Notes under the pieces: model-generated | Told to the model about the DNA's origin: nothing | Databases searched by the model: none | What the model saw: the letters and a program-made list of their open reading frames with translations, nothing else | Assembly (NCBI GenBank): GCA_964619995.1 | Contig: CAZUJO010000001.1 | Location: 1 to 46,942, forward strand | Reading direction: 5' to 3' | Source of the DNA: an uncultured Leptospiraceae bacterium | Lineage (GTDB): Bacteria > Spirochaetota > Leptospiria > Leptospirales > Leptonemataceae | DNA: 46,942 bases | In this document: one piece after another, positions 15,355 to 24,351 of the stretch | Numbering within the stretch: the first letter of the stretch is position 1 | How the letters are laid out: each line of letters begins with the position of its first letter | Translations under genes and position numbers: made by a program

Positions 15355-16509
15355 CTATTCCGCGCGTTCGCCGGCCTTCAGCGCAGGACCCATTCCCGCG
15401 AGACTCTTCAGATATGCGTTCACGAAAGGATCAAGGTCGCCGTCCATCACTGCATCGACATTGCCTGTTTCGTAATCCGTGCGAAGATCCTTCACCAGTT
15501 TGTACGGGTGCATCACGTAGCTTCGAATCTGACTGCCCCAGGCGACGTCTCGTTTTTCGCCCGATCTGCTTTCAATGTCTTCTTCCAGCTTCTGCTTTTC
15601 CAGTTCATGCAGACGCGCTTTGAGCATCTTCATTGCAGTCGATTTATTCTTCATCTGCGAACGTTCGTTCTGACACTGAACGACGATGCCCGTCGGCATG
15701 TGCGTGATGCGCACAGCCGAGTCAGTCTTGTTGACGTGCTGACCTCCGGCGCCGCTTGAGCGATATGTATCAATGCGAAGATCCTTTTCGTCTATGTTGA
15801 CCTGAATGGAATCATCGATGTCCGGCGTGATGTGAACTGCGGCGAAGGAAGTGTGGCGGCGCTTGTTCGAATCGAACGGCGAAATGCGCACGAGTCGATG
15901 GACACCGTTCTCTGCCTTCAGAAGCCCAAAAACATTTTCGCCGCGCACAATCAAGCTGGCGCTCTTGATGCCGGCTTCTTCTCCCTGCTGCAGGTCAGCG
16001 GTTTCAACGCGAAATCCGCGCTTTTCAAACCAGCGCAGGTACATTCTGAGAAGCATCTCTGCCCAGTCCTGACTCTCTGTGCCGCCGGCTCCGGAAGAGA
16101 TGGTCACGATGGCATCGCGTCCGTCGTCTTCGCCCGTGAGCGCTTCGGCAAGAAGCAACGCCTCAAACCTCTCTCCCATCTTCTGCAAATCGGTCTCGAG
16201 GCTGTCGATTGCGGCCTTCGTATCTTTTACTTCTTCCAGAGTCAGTTCAACCAGATCCGGGAATTCGTCCAGGTCGCGTTTCAGGTCCTGCCAGGGCTGC
16301 GTGCGCTTTTCGAGCTCCGACTTTCGCATGGATGTTTTCTTCGCGCTTTCAGGATCATCCCAGAAGTCGGGCCGGGCCGTGAGCGATTCGAGGTCTTCGA
16401 GTTCGACAAGGATTCCCGAAATTCCTTTTTGCTCCCATCTGTCTTTGAATTGCTTTGCTGTTTCCGCGTGACCGCGGAGCAATTCGTCTTTGTTGCGAAA
16501 CTGGCCCAC
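15355..16509 (-). CDS. prfB: Peptide chain release factor 2, encoded in a single uninterrupted frame
   Basis: The RF2-specific SPF motif (VRISPFD), the GGQ motif (SGAGGQHVN), PDFWDD and GWGSQIRSY are present. The start is GTG 16509, with an in-frame TGA 11 codons upstream. Confidence 0.93.
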   Translation of the reverse strand: MGQFRNKDELLRGHAETAKQFKDRWEQKGISGILVELEDLESLTARPDFWDDPESAKKTSMRKSELEKRTQPWQDLKRDLDEFPDLVELTLEEVKDTKAAIDSLETDLQKMGERFEALLLAEALTGEDDGRDAIVTISSGAGGTESQDWAEMLLRMYLRWFEKRGFRVETADLQQGEEAGIKSASLIVRGENVFGLLKAENGVHRLVRISPFDSNKRRHTSFAAVHITPDIDDSIQVNIDEKDLRIDTYRSSGAGGQHVNKTDSAVRITHMPTGIVVQCQNERSQMKNKSTAMKMLKARLHELEKQKLEEDIESRSGEKRDVAWGSQIRSYVMHPYKLVKDLRTDYETGNVDAVMDGDLDPFVNAYLKSLAGMGPALKAGERAE

Positions 16510-16603
16510 AAACCAGGAAGCGTGAAAAAAGCGCCGGATTCAAGCACTATTTGATCTGCAGGTTTTTGCTTGCCCCGCCGAAGTCTTGCGAGCTCGTTCC
16601 AGT

Positions 16604-18892
16604 ATGAGGCGGGCTGCGCTCTTGCTTTTTGTTGTCTCTTCGCTCCAGGCCGCTCCTGTGATCCTGAAAGAAGACGCGCGCGCCGTAATGCGGAGAGATA
16701 TTGAATTTCTCGAAGACCCGGGAGCTCTTCTTACCGCCGACCAGGCGAGGAGGGCTTCCTGGACTGCGGGCGAGGGAAGCGGCGCTTTTGGCGTTAGTTT
16801 TACGCCGGCCGCCTACTGGATTCGATACACGGTTGTGAACCTTTCATCCGAATCGTCCGGGGTCCTGCAGGTCGAAAACCCGCTCATCGAGGATCTGCAA
16901 ATCTGGACCGAGCGTGACGCAAATCGAACGTATCATGCGGGAAATGCCTTTCTGTTTTCGGCGCGTCCCGTTGCGCACAGGCAGTTCGTTATGCCGATTT
17001 CCATCAAGCCCGGCGAATCGAAGGATATTCTCATGCGAGTGCAAATGCGCGCTGCCATGAATGTGCCCGTCCATTTTCGCACGGCTTCGGCGTTTGCGGC
17101 CTGGGACGCAGAAGAGAGTCTCGTGCTCGGCCTTTTCTTCGGCGCGATTCTCGTGATGGTCTTTTACAATCTCTTCCTGTTCCTGAGCGTCGGCGAAAGA
17201 ACCTACGGTTACTATGTTCTGCTTCTGATTTCTGCCGGTGTTTTCATGTCTGCGCAGCAGGGTCTTGCCTTTCAGTATCTCTGGCCAGGGGCTCGTTCGT
17301 ACGGTATACTTCTGAACCTCACAGCCAACGGCACCTCTCAGCTTTTCCTTGCGCTGTTTATGCGCGATTTTCTTCAGCTGCGCGTTCGGTGGCCCCACGT
17401 TGAGAGAATTGTAGTCGCGAACGCCGTAATGCTCGGCGTGTTGACGCTAGGCGTCTGGTTCGTGCGCTATGATTGGATCGCGAGATCGTTTGCCCTTCTC
17501 GCCGCCTTTCAGGCTGTCTACGCGATCGTGATCGGGGCAGTCCTCAGTTTTCGCGGTTACAAACCCGCGGGGCTTTTTACAATCTCCTATGTTCCCCTTC
17601 TGATAGCTGCGACGCTTCTCGCGCTTCGCAATCTTGCAGTTCTCCCGGTCTGGTCGTTCATTCAGTATGCGCTCGTTGCGGGCACAGTCCTGCAGATCAC
17701 ACTGCTATCGCTGGCGCTCGCAGATCGGATCAGTCTGCTCCGTTCGGAACGAGAAAGCGCGCGTCAGGCGAACGAGCTCAAGTCGCAGTTTCTTGCGACG
17801 ATGAGCCATGAGATCAGAACGCCCATGAATGGAGTGCTGGGGATGAGCAACCTGCTGCTCGATACACCGCTGAGCGCCGAACAGAAATCGATGGTCCAGG
17901 TGGTGAGAAAGAGCGCATCCGCGCTCTTGAGCGTCATCAACGATATTCTGGATTTTTCGCGCATTGAAGCAGGCAAACTGCCCATCAACCGTTCCGGGTT
18001 CGATCTGTCCCAGCTGACCTCCGAGGTGATGGATTTGTTTCGGCCTGCGTCTGATGAAAAGAGGATCAGCCTTGAGCTCGAAATCGCTCCTCAAGTTCCT
18101 GGTTTCGTATACGGCGATTCTGCCCGCATTCGTCAGATTCTGGTCAATCTGATCGGCAACGCTGTGAAATTTACGGAACGGGGCGCCGTGAAACTTGCTG
18201 TCTCCATTTCTCCCGGCCGTCCCGGAGAAATTGATTTTTCAGTAACGGATACCGGGATCGGCATGGACCGGTCCCAGCTTGCGGATTTGTTTCAGCCTTT
18301 CCATCAGCTGGAAGGATCGCTTGCGCGACGTTATGCGGGAACGGGACTCGGTCTTGCCATCACCAAAAACCTGGTGGATCTCATGGGCGGCTCCGTCTCG
18401 GTTGAGAGCGAGCGCGGAAAAGGCTCTCAGTTTTTCGTGCGGCTTCCGCTGCCGGAGACGGCTCGCACGGTCCAGGCTCCGTCCAAGGATGCAAACAGCC
18501 TGGAACAGATTTCCGGAATGCCCGTGCTTGTGGCCGACGATGACGAAATCGGCAGACTCGTAGCGGAAAAGCTGTTCCGCCGTCTCGGGTTTTCCGTAGA
18601 CCTTGCGGAAGACGGAGCTCAGGTGATCACGGCAATGAAAGCGAAACGTTATGCGATCGTGTTCCTTGACATGCACATGCCTGTTATGGATGGATTGGAG
18701 ACGGCGCGAAAAATCAGAGAGCGTCACGGCCCCCGTCCAGTCCTGGTTGCGCTGACCGCAAACGCCCTGCCCGAGCATCGCCAGATGTGCATTGACGCGG
18801 GGATGGATGACTTTCTCAGCAAGCCAATCGATTCAGAGGAGCTTGTGCGAATAGCGCGGAAGTGGGGAACTTCCGCCGGGCGGTCTGCCTAG
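16604..18892 (+). CDS. 7TMR-DISM-type hybrid sensor histidine kinase (extracellular domain, 7 TM, HisKA, HATPase, REC)
   Basis: Signal peptide [19 protein letters not shown] from ATG 16604; the ORF track begins at TTG 16586. There are about 7 hydrophobic helices (aa ~190-400). H-box: [20 protein letters not shown]. ATPase motifs: [31 protein letters not shown]: [10 protein letters not shown]...[12 protein letters not shown]...KPI. Confidence 0.88.
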   Translation: MRRAALLLFVVSSLQAAPVILKEDARAVMRRDIEFLEDPGALLTADQARRASWTAGEGSGAFGVSFTPAAYWIRYTVVNLSSESSGVLQVENPLIEDLQIWTERDANRTYHAGNAFLFSARPVAHRQFVMPISIKPGESKDILMRVQMRAAMNVPVHFRTASAFAAWDAEESLVLGLFFGAILVMVFYNLFLFLSVGERTYGYYVLLLISAGVFMSAQQGLAFQYLWPGARSYGILLNLTANGTSQLFLALFMRDFLQLRVRWPHVERIVVANAVMLGVLTLGVWFVRYDWIARSFALLAAFQAVYAIVIGAVLSFRGYKPAGLFTISYVPLLIAATLLALRNLAVLPVWSFIQYALVAGTVLQITLLSLALADRISLLRSERESARQANELKSQFLATMSHEIRTPMNGVLGMSNLLLDTPLSAEQKSMVQVVRKSASALLSVINDILDFSRIEAGKLPINRSGFDLSQLTSEVMDLFRPASDEKRISLELEIAPQVPGFVYGDSARIRQILVNLIGNAVKFTERGAVKLAVSISPGRPGEIDFSVTDTGIGMDRSQLADLFQPFHQLEGSLARRYAGTGLGLAITKNLVDLMGGSVSVESERGKGSQFFVRLPLPETARTVQAPSKDANSLEQISGMPVLVADDDEIGRLVAEKLFRRLGFSVDLAEDGAQVITAMKAKRYAIVFLDMHMPVMDGLETARKIRERHGPRPVLVALTANALPEHRQMCIDAGMDDFLSKPIDSEELVRIARKWGTSAGRSA

Positions 18893-19347
18893 AAAAGGAT
18901 TTGATCGAGCCGCAGGGGGCGGGCGCTGCGAAAAATGAAAGCAGGGATCGCGTTGCGGTTCTCAAGCATTTCACGGTAGCGGGGATTGTCCGTGGAATAC
19001 AGGAGCGATGCCTGGTAAAATCCAAGAAAAGTGCCCGAGACTTCATAGGCTTCGCCTGGAATTAAGTCGGCGATCTTTCGTTCCGCATCCGTATCGAACC
19101 GGTCTTCACGGTATTTGTAGTATATGGATTTGCCTTCGAGGTCGTAGAACACCAGGAAATCAGATTCCGTTCCGGAGTAACGCAGACGAATCGAAGGCGG
19201 AATCGCATTGCTCTTGATCTTCGTGACGAGCTCCGTGCGTCTGAGGTCAGATTCTCGAATATCCCCTTCATACGGCTTCTCTTTGTCCTGTGCGGACAAA
19301 CCGGAGAGCAGCAGCGCAAAAATAACAAGGAGGCTCGCGCGGATCAT
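18889..19347 (-). CDS. Small secreted protein of unknown function
   Basis: Start taken at [20 protein letters not shown] (signal peptide). This ATG overlaps the stop of the HEAT-repeat gene (ATGA at 19344..19347). I recognise no family. Confidence 0.6.
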   Translation of the reverse strand: MIRASLLVIFALLLSGLSAQDKEKPYEGDIRESDLRRTELVTKIKSNAIPPSIRLRYSGTESDFLVFYDLEGKSIYYKYREDRFDTDAERKIADLIPGEAYEVSGTFLGFYQASLLYSTDNPRYREMLENRNAIPAFIFRSARPLRLDQILF

Positions 19348-20417
19348 TTTTCTTTGTCCGAGTCGTCCATGTCCGAAGCGTTTTCCGCTGGAGATTTGTC
19401 CCATTCGTCGAGAGCCTGTTTGGCGGCTTTTTTTACGCGCGGGTTTTCATCGTACTTCGATTTGTAAGCAAGCAGTTCCTTTGCTTCCGGCGCGCGCATT
19501 TCACCGAGCTGACGCACAGCGCGCAGGCGCACGACCGGATCATCGTCTTTGGCCGCGGACATGACCTCAGGAATCATGGAGCGGTCACCGAGACGCATCA
19601 AAGCGACCATGGTTTGAAAACGCAGGCGGCTCATGCGCGCGCGTTCTTTTGGATTCTTCTGATTCCGAATTCCCTCAAGAATTTGCTTGAGATCGGGTAC
19701 GGACCGCGTTTCTTTCATTCTTCCGATTGAGTTTACCGCATAGGCTCGCAGATCTGGATCCTTCTCATCGTTGCGCGCAAGCTTCACAAGAAAGTCATAT
19801 CCTTCTTCTGCTTTCACATCGCCGAAGTAGAGGATGATTGTGCGGCGCACTTCTTCATGCGTCTCCGCGTCCTCTGCTCTTTTGATCAGAGCTGGAATGT
19901 CGGATTTGTATTTGAGAGCACCGAGCGCTCTGAGGATGGCGCTGAATTTCGCCTGATCTTTCTTTGAGTCAAGCGCCGTCATCATTTCCGTCAGCGGCGG
20001 CCCCGCCAGTTTTGATTTGATTTCGCGCAGTCCGCTGATGGCCGCAAGCTGCACGTCATCCACCTTGTCTTTGAGCGCGGCGAGAAATGCCGGTTCGGCC
20101 TCCTGCACTTTCATTTCAGAAAGTATGCGTACACTCGTTTCGCGCACGTTCGGATCGAGGTCCTCCGTGCAGAGCTTGATCACATCCGGTAGGAGCTGCT
20201 TTTGATCGTCGGGCTCAAGAGCCTTGATCTTCCGGATTTCGTTGCGGCGATCCGTCGAGCTTGAAAATAGAATCCGATTGCGCATAACTTCAATGCGCGA
20301 AGGCTTTTCCTGCGTGGCTGCTTCCGCATACGTTAGATGCGGCAAAAGTATGAGGGTAAAGACTGCGGCGAGCTTATGCGCCCATCTGCGTTTCGAGTTC
20401 CATGACGCGCTGCTCAA
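19344..20417 (-). CDS. Secreted HEAT-repeat (PBS-lyase-type) protein
   Basis: Repeated motifs: [73 protein letters not shown] good signal peptide ([26 protein letters not shown]) is reachable only from TTG 20417 or TTG 20426, inside the 3' end of the upstream regulator gene. The first ATG (20285) would remove it. Confidence 0.65.
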   Translation of the reverse strand: MSSASWNSKRRWAHKLAAVFTLILLPHLTYAEAATQEKPSRIEVMRNRILFSSSTDRRNEIRKIKALEPDDQKQLLPDVIKLCTEDLDPNVRETSVRILSEMKVQEAEPAFLAALKDKVDDVQLAAISGLREIKSKLAGPPLTEMMTALDSKKDQAKFSAILRALGALKYKSDIPALIKRAEDAETHEEVRRTIILYFGDVKAEEGYDFLVKLARNDEKDPDLRAYAVNSIGRMKETRSVPDLKQILEGIRNQKNPKERARMSRLRFQTMVALMRLGDRSMIPEVMSAAKDDDPVVRLRAVRQLGEMRAPEAKELLAYKSKYDENPRVKKAAKQALDEWDKSPAENASDMDDSDKEK

Positions 20418-20847
20418 GAAGGGCAACCATGCGCTGGTTCTCAACGTGTTCGCGAAAGCGATGAATGAGCTGGGCAATGTCGTCTTTGAGAGAGTCCATG
20501 TTCCAGGGTTTTTCAATGTAGCGGTTGAGCCCGCCCTTATTGACGGCATGGATGGCGCTTGCGAGACCCGCGTGTCCGGTGAGCAGGATCTTAATGGTAT
20601 CGGGAAGCTGTTTGTGCACTTCTTCAAGGAACTGGTCACCTTTGATGCCCGGCATCACCTGGTCCGTGATGATGACCTCAATGAGGCCGCCGGAATCCCT
20701 GATTTGAGAGATGAGATCCAGGGCTTCCTCTGCGCTCGAAGCCACCTCGATTTCGTGGGTCTGCCCGAAGTGTAACCGCAGCTGCTCTCGAAGGGTTTCG
20801 AGAACGCTGACCTCGTCATCCACGCACAGAATGTAGCCCTTTTCCAC
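20374..20847 (-). CDS. Response regulator: REC with a short C-terminal coiled-coil and no recognisable output domain
   Basis: The GTG start is preceded by GGGGGAG. Motifs: [32 protein letters not shown]. Confidence 0.85.
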   Translation of the reverse strand: MEKGYILCVDDEVSVLETLREQLRLHFGQTHEIEVASSAEEALDLISQIRDSGGLIEVIITDQVMPGIKGDQFLEEVHKQLPDTIKILLTGHAGLASAIHAVNKGGLNRYIEKPWNMDSLKDDIAQLIHRFREHVENQRMVALLEQRVMELETQMGA

Positions 20848-20886
20848 CCGCTCCCCCTGAAGATCGACCCGTTGTGGTTTTTCTTG

Positions 20887-20915
20887 AGTAAACGCGAAGG
20901 CGAACGGAGGTGCAA
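20887..20915 (-). promoter_or_regulatory. Candidate sigma70-type promoter of the RR/HEAT operon (-35 TTGCAC, 17 nt, -10 TTTACT)
   Basis: On the minus strand, TTGCAC corresponds to plus 20910..20915 and TTTACT to plus 20887..20892. About 35 nt of leader precede the GTG. Confidence 0.35.
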
Positions 20916-21203
20916 GAAAAATATTGTACTTTGCAGGCCGAAACGGGTCAGGCCGAAAGGATTATGCCAAAGTACCTCCAGAGTGAGCAAATCATTCCAA
21001 ACAAAGGGATGAGCTACACGATGTACGAGATTGAGGGTCAGAATACGATTCTGCGGATGCTTACGTGGATTCCGGACGCAGACCAGATTTCGATCTATCC
21101 GAAGCCGCCCGTTAAACAGCTATTTGCGCCCGAACGATGCGAAGAAATCGCGGACACACACTTTCTGGGACTCTGGCAGGAAGGCGAAAACAGGAAGAAG
21201 TAA
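20910..21203 (+). CDS. Hypothetical small protein (start uncertain: GTG 20910 or ATG 20964)
   Basis: It is an open frame only, with no recognisable motif. It ends 1 nt before the tRNA gene on the other strand. Confidence 0.35.
   Translation: MQEKYCTLQAETGQAERIMPKYLQSEQIIPNKGMSYTMYEIEGQNTILRMLTWIPDADQISIYPKPPVKQLFAPERCEEIADTHFLGLWQEGENRKK
20935..20958. repeat. Direct repeat AGGCCGAAA x2 (period 15) in the divergent intergenic region
   Basis: aggccgaaa occurs at 20935..20943 and 20950..20958. This is about -60/-75 relative to the candidate minus-strand promoter and directly upstream of ATG 20964. Confidence 0.8.
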
Positions 21204-21204
21204 C

Positions 21205-21277
21205 TGCCCAGGGACGGAATTGAACCGCCGACGCACGGATTTTCAGTCCGACGCTCTACCGACTGAGCTACCTGGGC
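21205..21277 (-). tRNA. tRNA-Phe (anticodon GAA), CCA not encoded
   Basis: The reverse complement is GCCCAGGTAGCTCAGTCGGTAGAGCGTCGGACTGAAAATCCGTGCGTCGGCGGTTCAATTCCGTCCCTGGGCA. It folds as a cloverleaf with a 7-bp acceptor stem, a GCTC/GAGC D stem, anticodon loop CTGAAAA, a GGCGG/CCGTC T stem and a TTCAATT loop. It is very close to E. coli tRNA-Phe. Confidence 0.93.
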
Positions 21278-21307
21278 GCTCCACGTCAGAGGATGGGAAA
21301 GGGGCTC

Positions 21308-21979
21308 TCATGTCAAAGTGTTTTCGCTTCCGGAACCGCTGGAATCCTCAAGCGATCTCATGAGTTCCGCCGTAAGCGTGTCCACAAACAGGCCTGCCCT
21401 GGCCGCGCTGCCTCCCTCGCGCTCTACAGTAGTCATTGGGAGATCGGGGTATCCGCACGGATGGATCCAGGAAAACGTCTGGAGATCGTTCCGCACATTG
21501 ACGGCGATTCCGTGGCTCGTGAAGAACGATTTGAACTGAACTCCAATCGAGGCGATCTTTCGTCCGTCCACGTAGAGTCCGGGCGCCTTCGGATTCATTT
21601 CTGCCTGAATGTTCCAGACGCGCGCAAGCGCAGACCGCGCTGCAGCGAGAATCGATTGAAAAAAAGCGCTCAGAGCGATCCCGCGCGCGCGAAGATCGGC
21701 GTGCACGTAGAAAACGATCTGGCCTGGTTCATGGGCCGTGACATCGCCGCCGCGGCCGACTCGCACCACATCAATTCCTTTTTCCTGGAGCTGCTCAGGT
21801 GATATGCGCAGGCTCTCCGGTTTGAACTGAACCCCGCATGTCAAAACAGGCCGATGTTCGCAGACGAGAATCAGTTCTTCTCGCGCGCTGCGAAGCTGCT
21901 CCTGCAACCGCAGGTAGACGTCATACGGCATATGTGAGCCGAGTCGGTTAATTACTTTCAAGATAGACCTGTTCTGCAT
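21308..21979 (-). CDS. lipB: Octanoyltransferase LipB (lipoate biosynthesis)
   Basis: Motifs: ILKVINRLGSHMPYD, LVCEHRPVLTCG, RGGDVTAHEPGQIV, GRKIASIGVQ, HPCGY. Confidence 0.9.
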   Translation of the reverse strand: MQNRSILKVINRLGSHMPYDVYLRLQEQLRSAREELILVCEHRPVLTCGVQFKPESLRISPEQLQEKGIDVVRVGRGGDVTAHEPGQIVFYVHADLRARGIALSAFFQSILAAARSALARVWNIQAEMNPKAPGLYVDGRKIASIGVQFKSFFTSHGIAVNVRNDLQTFSWIHPCGYPDLPMTTVEREGGSAARAGLFVDTLTAELMRSLEDSSGSGSENTLT

Positions 21980-22814
21980 GGATTCCTTTATCGCTGATTT
22001 CCAGACGAACGTGGTGCCGTCGCTCGGTTCCTTCTTCCTTGAATATTCTGGGGACTTTCGCGCAGTTTACGCAGAGAACCTTTTTGCGCGAGGCGATGGT
22101 GGCGCGCTCTCCGCCGCCGCGAATTCTATGATGCATGTGGCCTGCGACGACTCCCAGCACTGGAATCCCTTCTTTTTCCGCTTCATCGAGCGCAAGGGCC
22201 AGGTCCACATCGCCGAAGTCTCCTTCTTCTTTTCGAAAATCACAGCCAAAGATGTCGTCGCGATGAGCGCCGAGACCATGCGGCCCATTGTGAGCCAGCA
22301 CCAGGATCGGCGCGGCGGCCTTTCGCATTAGTTCAAGGATCTTCGCAGCCGACTGCTCTATGGACTCGACCCCGTGCACTTTTGCAAGATACGGCTTATA
22401 GGCAAGGTCCGGTCCGCCCATGCTGTGCGGACGCGCCGACACGAGCGACATTTTGTTTCCACGGACCTCGATTTCGTGAAGCGTGTAACCGCAGTAATGG
22501 GCAGGCGCGAGCGCTTCGCGCAAATTCTCCACCAGCATGAACTGCTTTTTGTGCGATCGCTGCGAAAGGGCCGCATTGCCCTGAAGCTCGGCGATGAGTT
22601 GAATCAGGCTGACACCGTCGTGGTTTCCCGGCATGAAATACACGGGCTTTGATATACGCGCAATCCGGCGGGCCATTTCAAGCGTGCCGGCATGCGTCCT
22701 TCCGGGAAGATCACCCACCACAAGGGCCAGGTCATAGTCGGCATTCTGCACCATCCGAATGTCCTCATCATCGAAGCTGCCGTGAATGTCGCCGAACGCC
22801 GCAATTCGAATCAT
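21948..22814 (-). CDS. Calcineurin-like metallophosphoesterase
   Basis: Motifs: MIRIAAFGDIHG, LVVGDL, MPGNHD, LAHNGPHG, GHMH. GTG 22823 is an alternative start. The 3' end overlaps the lipB start by 32 nt. Confidence 0.85.
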   Translation of the reverse strand: MIRIAAFGDIHGSFDDEDIRMVQNADYDLALVVGDLPGRTHAGTLEMARRIARISKPVYFMPGNHDGVSLIQLIAELQGNAALSQRSHKKQFMLVENLREALAPAHYCGYTLHEIEVRGNKMSLVSARPHSMGGPDLAYKPYLAKVHGVESIEQSAAKILELMRKAAAPILVLAHNGPHGLGAHRDDIFGCDFRKEEGDFGDVDLALALDEAEKEGIPVLGVVAGHMHHRIRGGGERATIASRKKVLCVNCAKVPRIFKEEGTERRHHVRLEISDKGIHAEQVYLESN

Positions 22815-22921
22815 AGGACTCACTCGCCTTCTGGATCAGGCGCGTCAACGCTGTTGAGAATCATAATGCCTCAGAGAGAAAAGTCATGGAAAGGAAACGT
22901 GAAATCGGTACAGAATAACAT

Positions 22922-23242
22922 ATGGATTTGAAGAAGATCGAAAAAGAGCTTCAGGCAAGGCGCATGGAGCTGGCGGGCAGAGCCGATCACATTGAACAGG
23001 ACATAACGCGCGCAAACACGCCTCTCGATCAAGACTGGGAGGAAGCGAGCGTGCAAAGGGAAAACGACCAGGTCCTGGACGCCCTTGACGACAACGTGCG
23101 GGCCGAGATCTTCCAGATCGACCGCGCATTGGGCCGCATCCGGGAAGGCAAATATTCGGTGTGTGAAAAGTGCGGCTCGGCGATTGGAGAGGCCCGTCTT
23201 CAGGCGCTGCCGTATGCTACGGCCTGCGTAAATTGCGCATAG
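22922..23242 (+). CDS. DksA/TraR-family C4 zinc-finger protein
   Basis: 106 aa with a coiled-coil N-terminus and the motif GKYSVCEKCGSAIGEARLQALPYATACVNCA. Confidence 0.85.
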   Translation: MDLKKIEKELQARRMELAGRADHIEQDITRANTPLDQDWEEASVQRENDQVLDALDDNVRAEIFQIDRALGRIREGKYSVCEKCGSAIGEARLQALPYATACVNCA

Positions 23243-23299
23243 GGCAGGGGTCCCCGCGTTTCTGCTTGCGATGATGGTCCATTCATAGTCCTGTTGCCT

Positions 23300-24349
23300 A
23301 TGGCTGGGCGGCATCGCTCGGGCGGTTTTCTGCCCATACGGATTCTTCCCGAATCCATAAATTTCTTTTACGATCGCGCCCACGCCCGTTCCGTACGATG
23401 GCTGTTGCGAATGGCACGCTGGCCGGGCGGCGTGGAGCGGTTGTTCCTCAGCCGTCTGCCGGATTCAGATCCGAAGCGAACGACCTTCCTGCTTGCCCGC
23501 AGGTCCTCTCTCGACGAACTCGCAATGCTTCATTTCCTGCTGAATCGTCCGCCGCGTCGGGACGGGTTTCGCATGGTCGGCGACCCTGTTCCTCCGTTTA
23601 CGCCGCCGCATGACGTGAGCGGCATGGGAGCGCGGCTTGCTTCAGAAACGGGAATTCGCAGATCGCTGGCGGCCGCGTTCTTGAACTCCGAGCATCCGTG
23701 CGAGAATGTATGGATCATTCCGGACACAGGATCGCGCGGACGACTGGAGCTCGGAGAGATGCCGGATAACGTAGCCGGCGACTATGCGAATATGCTCGTT
23801 CCTGTAAGCATAACCTCGGACGCGCTGTGTCAGGACATCCTCGGGCGTTCCGATGTGTGGGTGAATCCCGGCGCCGTGCTTCATCCGCCGTCAAGCGCCG
23901 AGGAGCGTCCACACTTCTCAACCGTGGTCCGCCTTGCGCTGCAGAAAGGAATGCCCGTCCTCTCCACGCATCTTTTGTCCATCGCCCTCTTCGAGCTTCG
24001 GCTCGATCACAAGCCGTTTCGTCCGGATAAGATCGAATCGAGGTTTCACGATCTGGGAAGACGAATGCGGCGGCTGGATTTTCCACATGATCATCGGCTT
24101 GAGCATGTGGAGTTTCGGCGCTCCCGGGTGGCGCGCTTCATTCGTCGTTTTGAAGAATGGTTCTACACGGTAGACTCAAAGCTCTTCTTTCATACGCGCA
24201 GATTCCCTGAACTCGCGCAGGGCAGACAGATGAACTACCTGTACTATGCTGACCTGGCCTCGCATTTGTTCTATGAGTTCGGTCTGAACCGAACCGACCT
24301 GGATCAATTCATGAAAAGAGAGGAGAAAGCGCTCGTCGTAGTGCGATGA
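23300..24349 (+). CDS. Hypothetical protein with distant PlsB/GPAT-like acyltransferase features and a degenerate HX4D motif
   Basis: TTFLLARRSSLDELAMLHFLL aligns by eye with the PlsB block VPCHRSHMDYLLLSYVL, with His replaced by Arg. The C-terminal NYLYYADLASHLFYEF resembles the PlsB YYRN.I.HLF block. The start is uncertain (TTG 23294, ATG 23300 or ATG 23411). Confidence 0.5.
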   Translation: MAGRHRSGGFLPIRILPESINFFYDRAHARSVRWLLRMARWPGGVERLFLSRLPDSDPKRTTFLLARRSSLDELAMLHFLLNRPPRRDGFRMVGDPVPPFTPPHDVSGMGARLASETGIRRSLAAAFLNSEHPCENVWIIPDTGSRGRLELGEMPDNVAGDYANMLVPVSITSDALCQDILGRSDVWVNPGAVLHPPSSAEERPHFSTVVRLALQKGMPVLSTHLLSIALFELRLDHKPFRPDKIESRFHDLGRRMRRLDFPHDHRLEHVEFRRSRVARFIRRFEEWFYTVDSKLFFHTRRFPELAQGRQMNYLYYADLASHLFYEFGLNRTDLDQFMKREEKALVVVR

Positions 24350-24351
24350 TT

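Noticed and set aside
13460-15475. Two long plus-strand ORFs (13460..14395 and 14579..15475).
   Set aside because: Both lie antisense to the multi-PAS kinase and to the prfB 3' end. Their composition is low-complexity and they have no start context.
15832-16554. 240-aa plus-strand ORF.
   Set aside because: It is antisense to prfB, whose identity is unambiguous.
16510-16600. Searched for an upstream short ORF and a CUU-UGA-C shift site for prfB.
   Set aside because: There is no ATG in this stretch on the coding strand. There is no CTTTGA, and the only nearby TGA is in the same frame as the main ORF. I conclude there is no frameshift rather than a missed one.
20848-21316. tRNA-Phe as a possible integration site of a genomic island, and TTGACA at 21311..21316 as a possible tRNA promoter.
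   Set aside because: There is no integrase, no duplicated tRNA 3' fragment and no compositional break visible in the window. The TTGACA spans the lipB stop codon and has no acceptable -10 hexamer 16-18 nt downstream.
22871-23383. 170-aa minus-strand ORF.
   Set aside because: It is antisense to the DksA/TraR zinc-finger gene and spans two intergenic regions. It has no motif.
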